Positions 62,751 through 64,000 of a DNA stretch of 64,000 bases are shown piece by piece. The stretch covers positions 1-64,000 of the forward strand of contig CAMAPH010000007.1 of the NCBI GenBank assembly GCA_945859975.1. Reading direction: 5' to 3'. The translations under genes and the position numbers were made by a program. Position 1 is the first letter of the stretch. The number at the start of each line of letters is the position of its first letter. This DNA is from Chthonomonas calidirosea. Its GTDB lineage: Bacteria > Armatimonadota > Fimbriimonadia > Fimbriimonadales > Fimbriimonadaceae. A model generated the notes under the pieces. That model saw only the letters and a program-made list of their open reading frames with translations. It made no database searches and was not told the origin of the DNA.

Positions 62751-64000
62751 ATGAACAGAATCCTCACGCTTCTATCTGTCCTGGTTGCGCTCCTAACGCT
62801 CAGCGTAGCCCAGGCCCAGTTCCCGGGCAGCGGACCGGAGCGAATGAAATGGACCGCAGCGGCCGAGGGCGGAGAGCTGATTCTGAAGGGTGAAATCGAA
62901 AAGGGCTGGCATCTTTACTCCACCATTCCAGTAAAAGACGGCCCGTTTCCGACAACGATTGAAGCCAAGGGCATCACGCTCGGCAAGAGGATTGTTGAAC
63001 TGACACCCAAGAAAAAGTTCGATCCGAACTTCGAAGTAGACGTTCAGACCTTTGACGAGAAGGCCGAGATTCGAATCCCAATCACTGCTAAAAGTGGTGA
63101 TTCGGCGACGGTTGACGTGACTTATCAGCTCTGCAGCGACCGCACGTGCCTGAACCCTAGAACAAAAACCTTGACCGTTGACGTTTCGAAGGTCACCCCT
63201 GGAGCGGCTCCTGCAGCGGTAGGAGCAAAGACGCCTGATGATTCTGCTTCCGCAAAAATCACCCCGGTCAAGAAGGACTACGGCGGACTTATCGCGTTCT
63301 TCGGAACCGCAATCGCGGCCGGATTCTTTGCCCTCGTGACTCCGTGCGTGTTCCCGATGATTCCGATCACCGTTTCGATCTTCTCGAAGCACGGCGAGGG
63401 AAGCGCGGTCAAACCCGCGATTGCGTTCTGCCTGGGAATCATCAGCACTTTCACAATTTTAGGGGTCGGCGTTAGCCTTCTGTTTGGCGCGACCGGACTG
63501 CAGAACTTGGCCAATGATCCATGGCTGAACTTGGGCATGGGCATTCTGTTCGTCGTGCTCGCGTTTAGCTTGTTTGGCGCTTTCGAGATCGGGGTACCGG
63601 CGAGTTGGGCCAACAAACTGAACTCCAAGAAGCGATCGGGCCTTGCCGGACCGATTGTTATGGGCCTGGTTTTCTCGCTTACGTCATTCACTTGCACCAT
63701 GCCGTTCGTCGGAACCCTGCTGGTAACGGCGGCCCAAGGGGATGTGCTCTATCCAATCGTCGGAATGCTAGGGTTTAGCTCGGCTTTCTCTCTTCCCTTC
63801 TTTGGCCTGGCGTTGTTCCCGCGCGCGGTTTCGAAGCTGCCTAAGTCGGGCGGATGGCTCTCCACGGTTAAGGCGTTCATGGGCTTCGTTGAGCTGATCG
63901 CCGCGATCAAGTTCTTCAGCACGGTCGATCTTGCTTGGCAACTTGGCTGGCTTACGAAAGAGGTTTATCTGACCCTTTGGTTCGGCATCATGCTTCTTGC
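62751..64000 (+). CDS. dsbD: Thiol:disulfide interchange protein DsbD (runs off the window; not in the ORF track)
   Basis: Read by eye: MNRILTLL..., KGWHLYS, YQLCSDRTCLNP, ALVTPCVFPMIPITVS, SFTCTMPFVG, LPKSGGWL. Confidence 0.88.
   Translation, partial: MNRILTLLSVLVALLTLSVAQAQFPGSGPERMKWTAAAEGGELILKGEIEKGWHLYSTIPVKDGPFPTTIEAKGITLGKRIVELTPKKKFDPNFEVDVQTFDEKAEIRIPITAKSGDSATVDVTYQLCSDRTCLNPRTKTLTVDVSKVTPGAAPAAVGAKTPDDSASAKITPVKKDYGGLIAFFGTAIAAGFFALVTPCVFPMIPITVSIFSKHGEGSAVKPAIAFCLGIISTFTILGVGVSLLFGATGLQNLANDPWLNLGMGILFVVLAFSLFGAFEIGVPASWANKLNSKKRSGLAGPIVMGLVFSLTSFTCTMPFVGTLLVTAAQGDVLYPIVGMLGFSSAFSLPFFGLALFPRAVSKLPKSGGWLSTVKAFMGFVELIAAIKFFSTVDLAWQLGWLTKEVYLTLWFGIMLL

Overview
This is a GC-rich bacterial chromosomal segment. 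Gene content (DUF1559-type pseudopilin beside a LacI regulator, a CAZyme and a lipoprotein; a secretin; many leaderless genes) suggests Armatimonadota (Fimbriimonadia-like), which is an inference. Housekeeping content: yggS-sepF, dapC-dapD-dapE, groES-groEL with tandem CIRCE, dapA-cmk-aroA-tyrA, aroC, pstB, dnaK with a HAIR-like site, glnB, a PhoR-like kinase, hppD, dsbD, tRNA-Leu(TAG) and tRNA-Thr(CGT). It also holds an 11-gene type II secretion-like cluster, a LacI-controlled beta-glucan locus, an AT-richer TerY-P triad (vWA/PP2C/kinase), an IS481-like scar and a tandem duplication of a CHRD gene. Most notable: (1) a solo chromosomal homolog of the phage anti-defence nucleotide sponge Tad1 (15869-16216) with no phage genes around it; (2) an intact RAYT/Y1-transposase-like gene that has lost its catalytic residues and sits directly behind glnB; (3) a densely base-paired ~300-nt intergenic element (58100-58400) that matches no RNA family I recognise; (4) a gspH gene whose only plausible start is ATA overlapping the gspG stop. 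All family calls come from motif recognition by eye; no database search was run. No CRISPR array, rRNA or intact prophage was seen.
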